Below are positions 38,637-47,693 of a DNA stretch of 64,000 nucleotides, piece by piece. This stretch comes from Clostridia bacterium (GTDB taxonomy: Bacteria; Bacillota; Clostridia; Christensenellales; UBA1242). Where the stretch lies: assembly GCA_036654655.1 (NCBI GenBank), contig JAVVRP010000001.1, positions 74,426 through 138,425 of the forward strand, written 5' to 3'. The notes under the pieces were generated by a model, which was not told where the DNA came from, did not search any database, and was given only the letters and a program-made list of their open reading frames with translations. The stretch's first letter is position 1, and every line of letters begins with the position of its first letter. A program made the translations under genes and the position numbers.

Positions 38637-38945
38637 ATGCAAATTAAAAACAGGATATATGGTGGCACGCTTTATGTTGTGTTAAGTGGAGAACTTGACG
38701 AGCATACAGCGTATCATACAAGAATAACTCTTGATGAACTATTTAACAAACCAAATTTTAAGCAAATAATTATTGACCTTTCGGAACTCGATTTTATGGA
38801 TAGCACCGGAATTGGTGTTTTAATTGGAAGATATAAAAAAATGAGAGATAAAAGCATCCCAATTTTTATTTGCAACCCATCCACGCATGCCGAAAAAATT
38901 TTTAAAATGACGGGGCTTTACGATATTATGCCAAAAATCAGTTAA
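38637..38945 (+). CDS. spoIIAA: Anti-sigma-F factor antagonist SpoIIAA (STAS)
   Basis: STAS fold with the phosphorylatable Ser in DFMDSTGIGVL. ATG 38637 follows a G-rich SD. Confidence 0.9.
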   Translation: MQIKNRIYGGTLYVVLSGELDEHTAYHTRITLDELFNKPNFKQIIIDLSELDFMDSTGIGVLIGRYKKMRDKSIPIFICNPSTHAEKIFKMTGLYDIMPKIS

Positions 38946-38969
38946 AATATAACAATAAAAGGGAGAACA

Positions 38970-39413
38970 ATGAAAAAAATAAACGAAATGGAATTAAAAT
39001 TCAAAGCAATATCAGTTAATGAAGGGTTTGCAAGAGCATGTGTTGCTGCATTTTGTGTGCAGGCTAACCCAAGTTTAGATGAAATTACAGACATTAAAAC
39101 AGCAGTTTCAGAGGCTGTTACAAATGCCGTTGTACATGCGTATCCAAATCACGAGGGAGACGTTATTGTTAAAGTGCAACTTTTTGAAAATGGTGTACAG
39201 GTGGAAGTTATTGACAAAGGAATTGGCATAGAAAATATTGGCAAGGCAAGGGAACCATTTTATACTTCAAAACCAGCAGATGAAAGAAGCGGAATGGGTT
39301 TTACAGTTATGGAAAGTTTTATGGATTCTGTTGAAGTTGAAAGTAAGGAAGGTGTTTGCATAAAAATGTTTAAGCGTTTTGGCAAAAACAATATGATGGC
39401 AGTGGGGGAATAA
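38970..39413 (+). CDS. spoIIAB: Anti-sigma-F factor / serine kinase SpoIIAB
   Basis: GHKL motifs EAVTNAVVHAY, DKGIGI and GMGFTVM. Confidence 0.93.
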   Translation: MKKINEMELKFKAISVNEGFARACVAAFCVQANPSLDEITDIKTAVSEAVTNAVVHAYPNHEGDVIVKVQLFENGVQVEVIDKGIGIENIGKAREPFYTSKPADERSGMGFTVMESFMDSVEVESKEGVCIKMFKRFGKNNMMAVGE

Positions 39414-40132
39414 TGCTTGAACAGGAGGAAACTACTGTACTAATTGAAAAAGCAAAACAAGGAGATAAAGAAGCCAAGGAAATTTTAATAAATGAAAACT
39501 CTCCACTGGTTAAAAGTATAATTAAAAGATTTATAGGAAAAGGTGTTGAGTATGACGATTTATATCAACTTGGCTGTTTGGGATTTTTAAAAGCAATAAA
39601 AAATTTTGACACAAACTTTAATTGTAAATTTTCAACATATGTTGTGCCAATGGTTATTGGCGAAATTAAACGATATATGCGTGATGATGGAAGCATAAAA
39701 GTATCCAGAGCAATAAAAACAATGAATATGCAAATTCAAAAATATATAAGGTCATATTCGGAGCAATTTGCAGAAAAACCTAGTATTGAGCAAATTTCAA
39801 AACAATTTGCAATTGAGCCTGAGGAAGTTGTTTTTACAATGGATTCCGCACGCATGCCAATTTCTATGCACACACCAGTAAGTGACGATGTTAACAGTAC
39901 TTTAATTGTTGATAGACTTGTTCAAGAAAATTCGTTTGAAAGTTTGTATGACAGCATAATTATTAAGGATATAATGCAAGGTTTGGAAGAAAGAGAACGA
40001 ATTATATTGTGCCTTAGATTTTTTAAAGACAAAACACAAGGCGAAATTGCAAAAATTTTAAAAATATCACAAGTTCAAGTTTCCCGATTAGAAAACAAAA
40101 TACTCACTAAATTAAAGCAAAAACTGGGCTAG
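39413..40132 (+). CDS. sigF: RNA polymerase sporulation sigma factor SigF
   Basis: Sigma-70 regions 2-4 (DLYQLGCLGFLKAIKNFD, YVVPMVIGEIKRYMRD, TQGEIAKILKISQVQVSRLE). Follows spoIIAA-AB. Confidence 0.92.
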   Translation: MLEQEETTVLIEKAKQGDKEAKEILINENSPLVKSIIKRFIGKGVEYDDLYQLGCLGFLKAIKNFDTNFNCKFSTYVVPMVIGEIKRYMRDDGSIKVSRAIKTMNMQIQKYIRSYSEQFAEKPSIEQISKQFAIEPEEVVFTMDSARMPISMHTPVSDDVNSTLIVDRLVQENSFESLYDSIIIKDIMQGLEERERIILCLRFFKDKTQGEIAKILKISQVQVSRLENKILTKLKQKLG

Positions 40133-40135
40133 ACA

Positions 40136-40172
40136 TAAAAAAATTGAGATAAGTTTAAATCTCAATTTTTTA
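40136..40172. terminator. Bidirectional terminator between convergent sigF and the lipoprotein gene
   Basis: attgagat-N8-atctcaat hairpin flanked by A7 and T6 runs. Confidence 0.7.
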
Positions 40173-40177
40173 ATATT

Positions 40178-42706
40178 TTAAGCAGTTTTTCTTGAACTCG
40201 AATAACTATCACTTGCCGTTGTTGAATTATTAGGGTCAATTGTTCTTGATGCGGTGTTGTTGTTTTTTTCTTCTTTTGTTTTATTTTCTATATCTGTGTT
40301 TGGAGTAACTGGTTGTGTGTTGTAAGTATTTTTTAAAATATTGCTATCAATTTCTTCTGTAACCTTTGGTATATTATTATTTCTTGCAAGTTGTAAATCA
40401 GGTTCAGCAAGCCTGCTTGGAGTTTTGTTTTGTTGATTTTCGTCAGCAATCTGTTTGTTTGCTTGTTTATTATTTTGTTGATTTTCAATTTGTTGTCTAT
40501 TTATTTTGTTGTCGTTAGGGCGTGTAACAGGGTTTGTGTCCATGTTAGGAGCACTTTTGTTTTGCATATCCAAATATTTATATTCATAACTGTTTTTTGG
40601 AAAGACTCTGTATGGATCGTTAGGATTTTGTGCCTTGTTAGGTTGAGTTCCTTTATTAAACATTTCCGCAAAATTTGTTTTATTGTTTTGTTCTGTTCTT
40701 CCATAGGTGTTTATATTGTTATTTGAGTTTTTATAAGTGTCTGTGTTTCTAAATCCACCATAAGTGTTAATGTTTCTTGGTGTGTAATAAGTATTAATAT
40801 TTGGATAATAGCCATTATATCCAAAACCATATCCACCATTTCCAGGGTAATTATTGTAACCATTAGCACCATAGTTCATTCCGTTTGTGGGGTAATTATT
40901 GTAACCATTAGCACCATAGTTCATTCCATTTGTGGGGTTATTATTGTAACCATTGGGACCATAATTCATGCCGTTATTGTAGCCATTATTATAATAATTT
41001 TGATTTGTATAACCATTCCTATCATTTGGAGTTGCGGGCAAAGTTGTGGGATAATTTTCGTTATAATTTTCATTTGGCAATTGTGTGTATGTGTTAGAAG
41101 TATTATTCCACCTGTTTTGCAAATTGTTTGCATTTAAATCCGTTGTTTCATTTTTATCATAATTAACACCTTTTTTATATGTGTCTATATTTGAATTATT
41201 TTTATTAATTTGTTTTGCCTCTGTTGTGGTTATTTTATCTTTATTTGTGTTTTGAGAATTTATTTTATTTTTTAAATTATCCAAAGCCATTTGCCACAAT
41301 TGACCTCTAACATCTCCGCTCTTTAAATTTGGTTGTATTCCATTGCAATCGGGGCAAATGCCATTTTTGCAAGTTCCGTCGGGGCAAACATAATAGCAAG
41401 AGCCATCTGCGCAATAATATTGGCAATTTCCATTTGGCGTTGTTTGATAACATGTGCCGTCAGGATATTGGCCTGCACAAGTGCCGTCATTGCAAGAAAT
41501 TTGTTTGAACGATGCACTGTAATTATATGGTTCTGACGAAACACTATTTGTAGTTTTTGACTTAGATTGTGTTTTGTTTTGAGAATTTATTTTATTTTTT
41601 AAATTATCCAAAGCCATTTGCCACAATTGACCTCTAACATCTCCGCTCTTTAAATTTGGTTGTATTCCATTGCAATCGGGGCAAATGCCATTTTTGCAAG
41701 TTCCGTCGGGGCAAACATAATAGCAAGAGCCATCTGCACAATAATATTGGCAATTTCCATTTGGCGTTGTTTGATAACATGTGCCGTCAGGATATTGGCC
41801 TGCACAAGTGCCGTCATTGCAAGAAATTTGTTTGAACGATGCACTGTAATTATATGGTTCTGCGGACGCTGTATCTAAATTTGTTTTATTTTGAGAAGTA
41901 TTATTTGTTAAATTTTCATCTTGTATTCCAATAATTAAATTTGAGTCTGTTGCAGATTGAACATCGCACTTTCCACTTATAATGCAATTATAGATACTGT
42001 CGAGGCAAGTAAGCAAATTAGCATAATATGATGCCCTTATATCAAGACTATTTAACAGTCTTGTATACTTTGAATTTAATTGGTCAACATTTGCGGTGTA
42101 ATTGTTTTTTAACAATTTTACGCCAGAAAGTTCGTTATTAACCTCGCTTTTTGTTAGTCTAATGCGATTAACATTTACGTCCGCATTTTTAACCAAGTCG
42201 TAAATTGCTTTACACTGTTTTTCATTAAGAGTTATTGTTTTTTGTTCCATATCATTAACCAAAGACTTTAAAGCGCTTGTTTTTGACAAGATTTGAGATT
42301 TTAAAATATTAACAGTGCTATTTGCCGATATAACATCGGATGCAACAAAATGTAAATCTTGCAGTTTTGTTACGTAAGACCCAAAGTTGTTGTATGTAAT
42401 TGAATTTGCGTCAACATATCTTCCTTTGGCTTTGGTGTATCCGTTTGTAAACGTTGCACCATTATAACCAGTGTTTTGAGAAGGAGTGCCTGCTGTTTTG
42501 CTATTTTCAGCCAGTGCATCATCCATAATTTCATTAATTGCCAATGTTTCATTTGTTATTGTGTCAACCTTTGATAGTGTGGCACTTGTTTCATTCAAAC
42601 TTTTAGAAAGTTTGCTGGTTACACTGGCTTGATCACTTGAACTTGTGCAACCTGAAAATATAATTGCCACCATTAAAACTGAAAATAAAATAAATATTTT
42701 TTTCAT
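40178..42706 (-). CDS. Large putative lipoprotein with duplicated 10-Cys modules and an N/Y/G/Q-rich low-complexity C-terminal half
   Basis: Lipobox IFSGC after MKKIFILFSVLMVAI. GGAGGA SD. 842 aa. An N-terminal helical region is followed by two copies of CNDGTCAGQYPDGTCYQTTPNGNCQYYCADGSCYYVCPDGTCKNGICPDCNG, then NGMNYGANGYNNYPT repeats. I do not recognise a family. Confidence 0.7.
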   Translation of the reverse strand: MKKIFILFSVLMVAIIFSGCTSSSDQASVTSKLSKSLNETSATLSKVDTITNETLAINEIMDDALAENSKTAGTPSQNTGYNGATFTNGYTKAKGRYVDANSITYNNFGSYVTKLQDLHFVASDVISANSTVNILKSQILSKTSALKSLVNDMEQKTITLNEKQCKAIYDLVKNADVNVNRIRLTKSEVNNELSGVKLLKNNYTANVDQLNSKYTRLLNSLDIRASYYANLLTCLDSIYNCIISGKCDVQSATDSNLIIGIQDENLTNNTSQNKTNLDTASAEPYNYSASFKQISCNDGTCAGQYPDGTCYQTTPNGNCQYYCADGSCYYVCPDGTCKNGICPDCNGIQPNLKSGDVRGQLWQMALDNLKNKINSQNKTQSKSKTTNSVSSEPYNYSASFKQISCNDGTCAGQYPDGTCYQTTPNGNCQYYCADGSCYYVCPDGTCKNGICPDCNGIQPNLKSGDVRGQLWQMALDNLKNKINSQNTNKDKITTTEAKQINKNNSNIDTYKKGVNYDKNETTDLNANNLQNRWNNTSNTYTQLPNENYNENYPTTLPATPNDRNGYTNQNYYNNGYNNGMNYGPNGYNNNPTNGMNYGANGYNNYPTNGMNYGANGYNNYPGNGGYGFGYNGYYPNINTYYTPRNINTYGGFRNTDTYKNSNNNINTYGRTEQNNKTNFAEMFNKGTQPNKAQNPNDPYRVFPKNSYEYKYLDMQNKSAPNMDTNPVTRPNDNKINRQQIENQQNNKQANKQIADENQQNKTPSRLAEPDLQLARNNNIPKVTEEIDSNILKNTYNTQPVTPNTDIENKTKEEKNNNTASRTIDPNNSTTASDSYSSSRKTA
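40845..40985 (-). repeat. 45-bp in-frame tandem repeat (about 3 copies) encoding NGMNYG(A/P)NGYNN(Y/N)PT
   Basis: ccattagcaccatagttcattcc(g/a)tttgtggggt(a/t)attattgtaa is repeated head-to-tail on the plus strand. Confidence 0.85.
41248..41862 (-). repeat. Direct duplication with 327-bp period: two 288-bp copies differing at one synonymous site
   Basis: 41248-41535 is repeated at 41575-41862. The only mismatch I saw is g/a in ccatctgc(g/a)caataa, a TGC/TGT Cys codon. A 39-bp divergent linker separates the copies. Confidence 0.9.
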
Positions 42707-42799
42707 TTTTCCTCCATGATAGCAATATTCTTTGCAGTTTTTGCAAAAATATGTATTAAAAATTTATTTGCAGGCAATAAATTTATTAAGGAGAAATAT

Positions 42800-43246
42800 G
42801 TGACAAAACAAGAACTTCATAAAAAATATAATGCTTATATAGAAGCAAAAATTCCAAAAACAAGAGCATGGCCAACTTTGTTTAATGCTTTTTGGGTGGG
42901 CGGAACAATATGTTTGATAGGGCAAGGAATAAATGACTCATTGTTAGCAATCTTCCCACTGTTATCAATTCAAAGTGCGTGGGCGTATACTCTTGTAATT
43001 TTAATTTTTTTGGCATCTTTGTTAACTGGAATAGGAGTTTATGACAGAATAGGTAAGTATGCGGGAGCGGGTTCAATTGTTCCAATAACAGGATTTTCTA
43101 ATTCAATAACAAGCCCAGCGGTAGAATTTAAAAACGAGGGTATAATTTTTGGAATGTGCGTAAAAATGTTTGTAATTGCAGGCCCAGTTATTGTTAGCGG
43201 AGTTGTTGCAAGTTGGATTGTTGGTTTAATTTATTTGTTTATTTAA
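42800..43246 (+). CDS. spoVAC: Stage V sporulation protein AC
   Basis: FNAFWVGGTICLIGQGI...VPITGFSNS pattern of SpoVAC. GTG 42800 lies 6 nt after AAGGAG; the track start at 42716 adds an implausible extension. Confidence 0.88.
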   Translation: MTKQELHKKYNAYIEAKIPKTRAWPTLFNAFWVGGTICLIGQGINDSLLAIFPLLSIQSAWAYTLVILIFLASLLTGIGVYDRIGKYAGAGSIVPITGFSNSITSPAVEFKNEGIIFGMCVKMFVIAGPVIVSGVVASWIVGLIYLFI

Positions 43247-43264
43247 TCAACTTTAAGGAGAAAA

Positions 43265-44293
43265 ATGAAAACAAAACATAATCAAACAATATTTTTTAAA
43301 AATCAACCTAGAATAATAGGCAATTATTCTATTGCAGGGCCAAAAGAAGGTGAAGGAGCATTTGGAAAATATTTTCATAATGTAATGAAAAATGATTTTT
43401 TTGGTGAAGACACTTATGAAAAGGCTGAACGAAAAATGATGGAACAAGTTGTTTCAGGGGTAATGAAAAATTCAAAGTTAAAAGTTGAAGATGTGGATAT
43501 GCTTTTGGCAGGGGATTTGCTTAATCAAATTATTAGTTCAAGTTACGCAGCACGTTCTTTTGATATTTCTTATTTAGGTTTGTTTGGGGCATGTTCAACA
43601 ATGGCAGAAAGTTTGGCAGTTGGTGCAACTCTTATTGACGGGGGATATTTAAAAAATGTTATTTGTGCAACTGTAAGTCATTTTTCCACGGCTGAACGTC
43701 AGTTTAGATTTCCGCTAGAATTAGGCAATCAAAGACCCCCAACTTCTCAATGGACTTGCACTGCTGCTGGTGCAACAGCACTTTCATTAAATACAAAAGG
43801 TCCCAAAATAACAGTGGCAACTTTTGGAAAGGTTACTGATTGGGGAATAAATGATGTTAACAATATGGGAGCGGCAATGGCACCTGCTGCCATGAACACT
43901 TTGCTTGCTCACTTTAATGATACAAACACAACGCCCCAAAGTTATGACTTGATTGTAACAGGAGATTTGGGCAAACTAGGGTCAGAAGTTCTTATAGATT
44001 TGATGGAAGCAAGGGGAATTAAATTAGGTATTAATTATTGTGATTGCGGGCAAATGATGTTTAAAGGGTGTCAAAAAGCCTTAATGGGTGGCAGTGGATG
44101 TGGTTGTAGTGCATCAATATTAAATTCGTTTATTTTGGACAGAATTTCAAAGGGGAAATTAAAAAAAGTATTGTTTATTGCAACAGGTGCACTGCTTTCT
44201 TCAACATCTTGTCAGCAGGGAGAAACAATTCCTGGCGTGGCGCATGCAGTTGTGATTGAAGCAGATGAGCAAATTGGAGTTAGTAAAGAATAA
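43265..44293 (+). CDS. spoVAD: Stage V sporulation protein AD
   Basis: 342-aa thiolase-like fold (GDLLNQI, GACSTMAESL). Lies between spoVAC and spoVAE. Confidence 0.9.
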   Translation: MKTKHNQTIFFKNQPRIIGNYSIAGPKEGEGAFGKYFHNVMKNDFFGEDTYEKAERKMMEQVVSGVMKNSKLKVEDVDMLLAGDLLNQIISSSYAARSFDISYLGLFGACSTMAESLAVGATLIDGGYLKNVICATVSHFSTAERQFRFPLELGNQRPPTSQWTCTAAGATALSLNTKGPKITVATFGKVTDWGINDVNNMGAAMAPAAMNTLLAHFNDTNTTPQSYDLIVTGDLGKLGSEVLIDLMEARGIKLGINYCDCGQMMFKGCQKALMGGSGCGCSASILNSFILDRISKGKLKKVLFIATGALLSSTSCQQGETIPGVAHAVVIEADEQIGVSKE

Positions 44294-44318
44294 TTTTTAA
44301 ATTTTAGGGGGAATTAAA

Positions 44319-44687
44319 ATGAATTGGTGGCAATATTTAATTGTTTTTGGTGGTGGCGGGATAATATGTATGCTTGGTCAAGTTTTAATTATAAAAACAA
44401 AAATTACAACAGCAAGAATTTTGGTGCTGTTTGTTATGGTTGGCGTTTTTTTGGAAGCAATTAATGTTTATAATCCGTTATCAGAATTTTTAAATGCTGG
44501 CATAAATGTTCCCATAATTGGTTTTGGAGCATCTCTTGCAAAGGGTGCAATTGCCAGTGTTAAAGCAAAGGGAATTTTAGGGATGTTTACTGGTGGGCTA
44601 GAAGCAACTGCGGCAGGAGTTGCAGCGGCTGTTGTGTTTGCCTTTATTTTTGGCATTATTTTTAAAGCAAAAACAAAAAAGAATTAA
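44319..44687 (+). CDS. spoVAE: Stage V sporulation protein AE (SpoVAEb type)
   Basis: 122-aa membrane protein with FGGGGIICMLGQVL...VPIIGFGASL, paralogous to SpoVAC. Confidence 0.88.
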   Translation: MNWWQYLIVFGGGGIICMLGQVLIIKTKITTARILVLFVMVGVFLEAINVYNPLSEFLNAGINVPIIGFGASLAKGAIASVKAKGILGMFTGGLEATAAGVAAAVVFAFIFGIIFKAKTKKN

Positions 44688-45388
44688 GATGGCACCAAGT
44701 CCATCATATCTTGTAAATTTGTACTATTTAAATACGTTAAAGGTATTTTGCCAATTATTATGCTTTCAGCAATCATTAATTCGGTTGAAGTTGTAACAAT
44801 TTTGCTTGCAGTTGGTAAAATTACACTAACTTTGCTTTCAACTTGAACATAAATTTTATGATTTGTTTGATTTATTCCCGCTTGCTCAAATTTTGAAATA
44901 TAATTACTAGAAATTGTGCCTATTGGCAACATTTTTATGTTTATTTCTGGTCCTCTCCCAACCAAAATTGGAAGCCCGCTAAAAGAGCCAACAGGTATTT
45001 CAATTCCATTAACTCCAATTACTTCTAGGTTCTTGTGAGCGCTACGTGTAAGTTCTCGTGTTAAAAGGTTTATTTGCAATGCGTTTGAAGAAATCATTGC
45101 AATATCACCGTCATTATTTCGCACAATTGTGACAAGCGATTCATATAGCCTGCTTGTATTTATAACATCATATATGGCACTTGAAACTGCGCGTTGTGCA
45201 AGTGAAGAAATTTTTGCATAACTCATTTCAAAAATTACTGGATTAACAACATAATTTAAATACGCAAATATTAAAATGATAAAAAAACAAAAAACAAAAG
45301 AAATAAAAACTATACGCTTTTTATTTGTTTTATTCCGATTATAAGGCTTTATTTTTTTTTTAAACACAACATATTTTATGTAATACAA
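44684..45388 (-). CDS. yunB: Sporulation protein YunB
   Basis: N-terminal TM helix, then IVRNNDGDIAMISSN...GRGPEINIKMLPIGTI...GINQTNHKIYV...IIGKIP, which matches the YunB pattern. Confidence 0.8.
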   Translation of the reverse strand: MYYIKYVVFKKKIKPYNRNKTNKKRIVFISFVFCFFIILIFAYLNYVVNPVIFEMSYAKISSLAQRAVSSAIYDVINTSRLYESLVTIVRNNDGDIAMISSNALQINLLTRELTRSAHKNLEVIGVNGIEIPVGSFSGLPILVGRGPEINIKMLPIGTISSNYISKFEQAGINQTNHKIYVQVESKVSVILPTASKIVTTSTELMIAESIIIGKIPLTYLNSTNLQDMMDLVPS

Positions 45389-45403
45389 TTTAAATATATA
45401 ATA

Positions 45404-46342
45404 TTAGTTAATAAATGGTTTAAAATATTGTGGATAATCAACAGTAAAACAAAGTTCTTTGTTATTAAAAGGAGAGATAAAAGAAATTTCTTTTGCAATC
45501 AGCATCATTTTATCCAACGAATTAAAATCATTGTACAAAGAATCTCCTAAAATTGGGTGAGAAATGGATGCTAAATGTACTCTAATTTGATGAGTTCTGC
45601 CAGAAATTAAGTTAATTTTTGCCAGAAAGTAACCAATATAATTTTTTATTGGCTGAACCATTGTTTTGCATTCTTTGCCACCATCTGTTGTAACAAAACG
45701 TTTTCGTACATTAATTCCATTTGCGTCTTTATTTGTTTTGATATTTGTGTCAATAATTAAAGGTTCTGTCATGTTTCCATATGCAAGAGCGTAATATGTT
45801 TTATGCAAATTGGTTGTTTCAAGTTTATGGCATGCTATTGCATTTTTAGCAACTAAAACAATCCCTGCGGTGTCTTTATCTAATCTTGTTAAAATTCTGC
45901 ACACAAAATTTTTATCTTTTTTATTCATATAATTTACAATAGCACCAGCCAAGTTGTTAAAATAATGACTTTTTGTGGGCATTGTTGCCAAGCCTTGTGG
46001 TTTATTTACAATTAGCATAAACTCATCTTCATATACAATATCTAGTGGTATTATGCAATTCATAATACCACTAGAAGTGTTTGGATTATTAAAAATTTTT
46101 AACGTGTCACCATTTGTAACAAATTCATTTGTGGTTGCAATGTAATTGTTTTTAACAATGTACCCTAATTTTTTTCTTAAATTTTTAACATAATTTTCAC
46201 TTAGCCCAATATGCTTTAAATAAGAATATACTGTTTCTTTTTGTTTTGTGGTGTTAACAAATATTGTTTCATAGTTTTGATTTTCAATATTTTCACAAAA
46301 TATTTTTTCTTTCACGTAGCCCAGGTCCTTTTTGTTTTTCAT
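45404..46342 (-). CDS. RluA-family pseudouridine synthase (RluD/YlyB-like)
   Basis: S4-like N-terminal region, catalytic RLDKDTAGIVLVA and HQIRVHLA. Confidence 0.85.
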   Translation of the reverse strand: MKNKKDLGYVKEKIFCENIENQNYETIFVNTTKQKETVYSYLKHIGLSENYVKNLRKKLGYIVKNNYIATTNEFVTNGDTLKIFNNPNTSSGIMNCIIPLDIVYEDEFMLIVNKPQGLATMPTKSHYFNNLAGAIVNYMNKKDKNFVCRILTRLDKDTAGIVLVAKNAIACHKLETTNLHKTYYALAYGNMTEPLIIDTNIKTNKDANGINVRKRFVTTDGGKECKTMVQPIKNYIGYFLAKINLISGRTHQIRVHLASISHPILGDSLYNDFNSLDKMMLIAKEISFISPFNNKELCFTVDYPQYFKPFIN

Positions 46343-46377
46343 TATATATCAAAATATTAAATTTTACAATAAAAACG

Positions 46378-46407
46378 TTGACATGGCTTTATAATAAGTG
46401 GTAAAAT
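46378..46407 (+). promoter_or_regulatory. Sigma-A promoter of the pheS leader
   Basis: TTGACA (46378-46383), 18-nt spacer, TAAAAT (46402-46407). Confidence 0.5.
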
Positions 46408-46414
46408 AAAAAAA

Positions 46415-46648
46415 TAAAGGCATTGATGAAAGACAAGTAGTTTTTCTTTTAGAACTGAAAGAGAGAGTAATCCATGGTTGAAAGGTTGCTTCTGGTCTAT
46501 GAAAAATGAATTCACTTTTGGAGCCTCCGTCTGAAATTATAGTAGGATTGGACGTGTGCTTACGTAACAAGCAAAACAAGGTGCAAAACAATCGCACAAA
46601 GTTAGGTGGTACAGCGAGCAATCGCCCTAACGGTGGCGATTTTTTTGT
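46415..46648 (+). promoter_or_regulatory. T-box riboswitch leader, Phe specifier (UUC)
   Basis: AGAGAG and GGTTGAAAG stem I elements. Candidate specifier gaaTTCa at 46511-46513. T-box sequence AAAGTTAGGTGGTACAGCG (46598-46616). Terminator aatcgcc-N8-ggcgattttttt (46620-46648). Alternative TTAGG/CCCTAA antiterminator pairing. Confidence 0.85.
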
Positions 46649-46661
46649 TTATGGAGGATAA

Positions 46662-47693
46662 ATGGAAGAACAAATTTTAAAACTTGAACAAGATGCAACA
46701 AACGAAATTAATTTAGCAAAAAACATTGCAGAACTTTTTTCCGTTAATGTAAAGTATTTGGGCAAGCAAGGCAAATTAACCGAAATTTTAAGAGGAATGA
46801 AAGATGTTTTGCCAGAAAACAGAAAGGTTGTTGGGCAAAAGGTGAACGACACTCGTGACAAACTTGAAAACTTAATTAAAACAGTAAAAATTAAGTTTGA
46901 AAATTGCGTTTTGGATGAAAAACTTAAAAATAAAATGGTTGACATTTCTGAACCTGCACAAAATTTTTGTCAGGGAGAAAAACATCCAACGCAAAAGATT
47001 TTTGACAAATTAATTGATACTTGCGTAGAATTTGGGTTCGAGGTGGTTGATGGGCCAGAAGTTGAACTTGACTATTATAATTTTGAAAAACTTAATGTTC
47101 CAAAAGACCATCCAGCAAGAGACATGCAAGATTCTTTTTACATAAATGATAATATATTGCTAAGAACACAAACGTCATCAGTTCAAATTAGAGAAATGGA
47201 AAAACGAAAACCACCATTCAAAATTGTAAGCCCGGGCAAAACATACAGAGTTGATTCTGATGCAACGCATACGCCCGTTTTTCATCAATTTGAAGCACTT
47301 GTTGTTGATGAAAATGTTAGCATGGTTGACCTTAAAAACATGCTATCATATTTGCTTAAAACAATTTTTGGAGAAAACACAAAAGTGCGTTTTCGTCCAT
47401 CTTATTTTCCTTTCACCGAACCTAGCGTGGAAGTTGATGCAACATGCCCATATTGCAAAGGTAATGGATGCTCCATGTGCAAACAAACGGGTTTTATTGA
47501 ACTGTTGGGTGCTGGAATGGTTCATAAAAATGTTTTGGAAATGAGTGGAATTGATAGTAAAAAATATCGCGGTTTTGCCTTTGGTCCGGGGGTTGATCGT
47601 TTGGCAATGGTTAATTATGAGATTCCTGATTTAAGATCAATGTTTGAAAATGATATAAGATTTCTTAAACAATTTGGAGGTGAAAACAAATGA
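46662..47693 (+). CDS. pheS: Phenylalanyl-tRNA synthetase alpha subunit
   Basis: Class II motifs HPARDMQDSFY, FRPSYFPFTEPS and GFAFGPGVDRLAM. Confidence 0.95.
   Translation: MEEQILKLEQDATNEINLAKNIAELFSVNVKYLGKQGKLTEILRGMKDVLPENRKVVGQKVNDTRDKLENLIKTVKIKFENCVLDEKLKNKMVDISEPAQNFCQGEKHPTQKIFDKLIDTCVEFGFEVVDGPEVELDYYNFEKLNVPKDHPARDMQDSFYINDNILLRTQTSSVQIREMEKRKPPFKIVSPGKTYRVDSDATHTPVFHQFEALVVDENVSMVDLKNMLSYLLKTIFGENTKVRFRPSYFPFTEPSVEVDATCPYCKGNGCSMCKQTGFIELLGAGMVHKNVLEMSGIDSKKYRGFAFGPGVDRLAMVNYEIPDLRSMFENDIRFLKQFGGENK

Noticed and set aside
41248-41862. 327-bp-period duplicate as an IS or MITE
   Set aside because: The duplication is in frame and codes for a protein module. It has no terminal inverted repeats and no transposase.
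42707-42799. Sigma-G promoter for spoVAC (GTATT-N17-CAATAAA), and sporulation-sigma promoters for the divergent lipoprotein gene
   Set aside because: The matches to GHATR / CATnnTA are too weak, with 2-3 mismatches in an A/T-rich background. I do not annotate them.
44684-44687. Overlapping convergent stop codons of spoVAE and yunB (TTAA) with no terminator between them
   Set aside because: The overlap is real but trivial, reflecting compact convergent genes. There is no evidence of a functional element.
46364-46945. Minus-strand ORFs of 85 aa and 98 aa
   Set aside because: The first covers the T-box leader. The second is antisense to the pheS 5' end. Neither has an SD or a recognisable protein.
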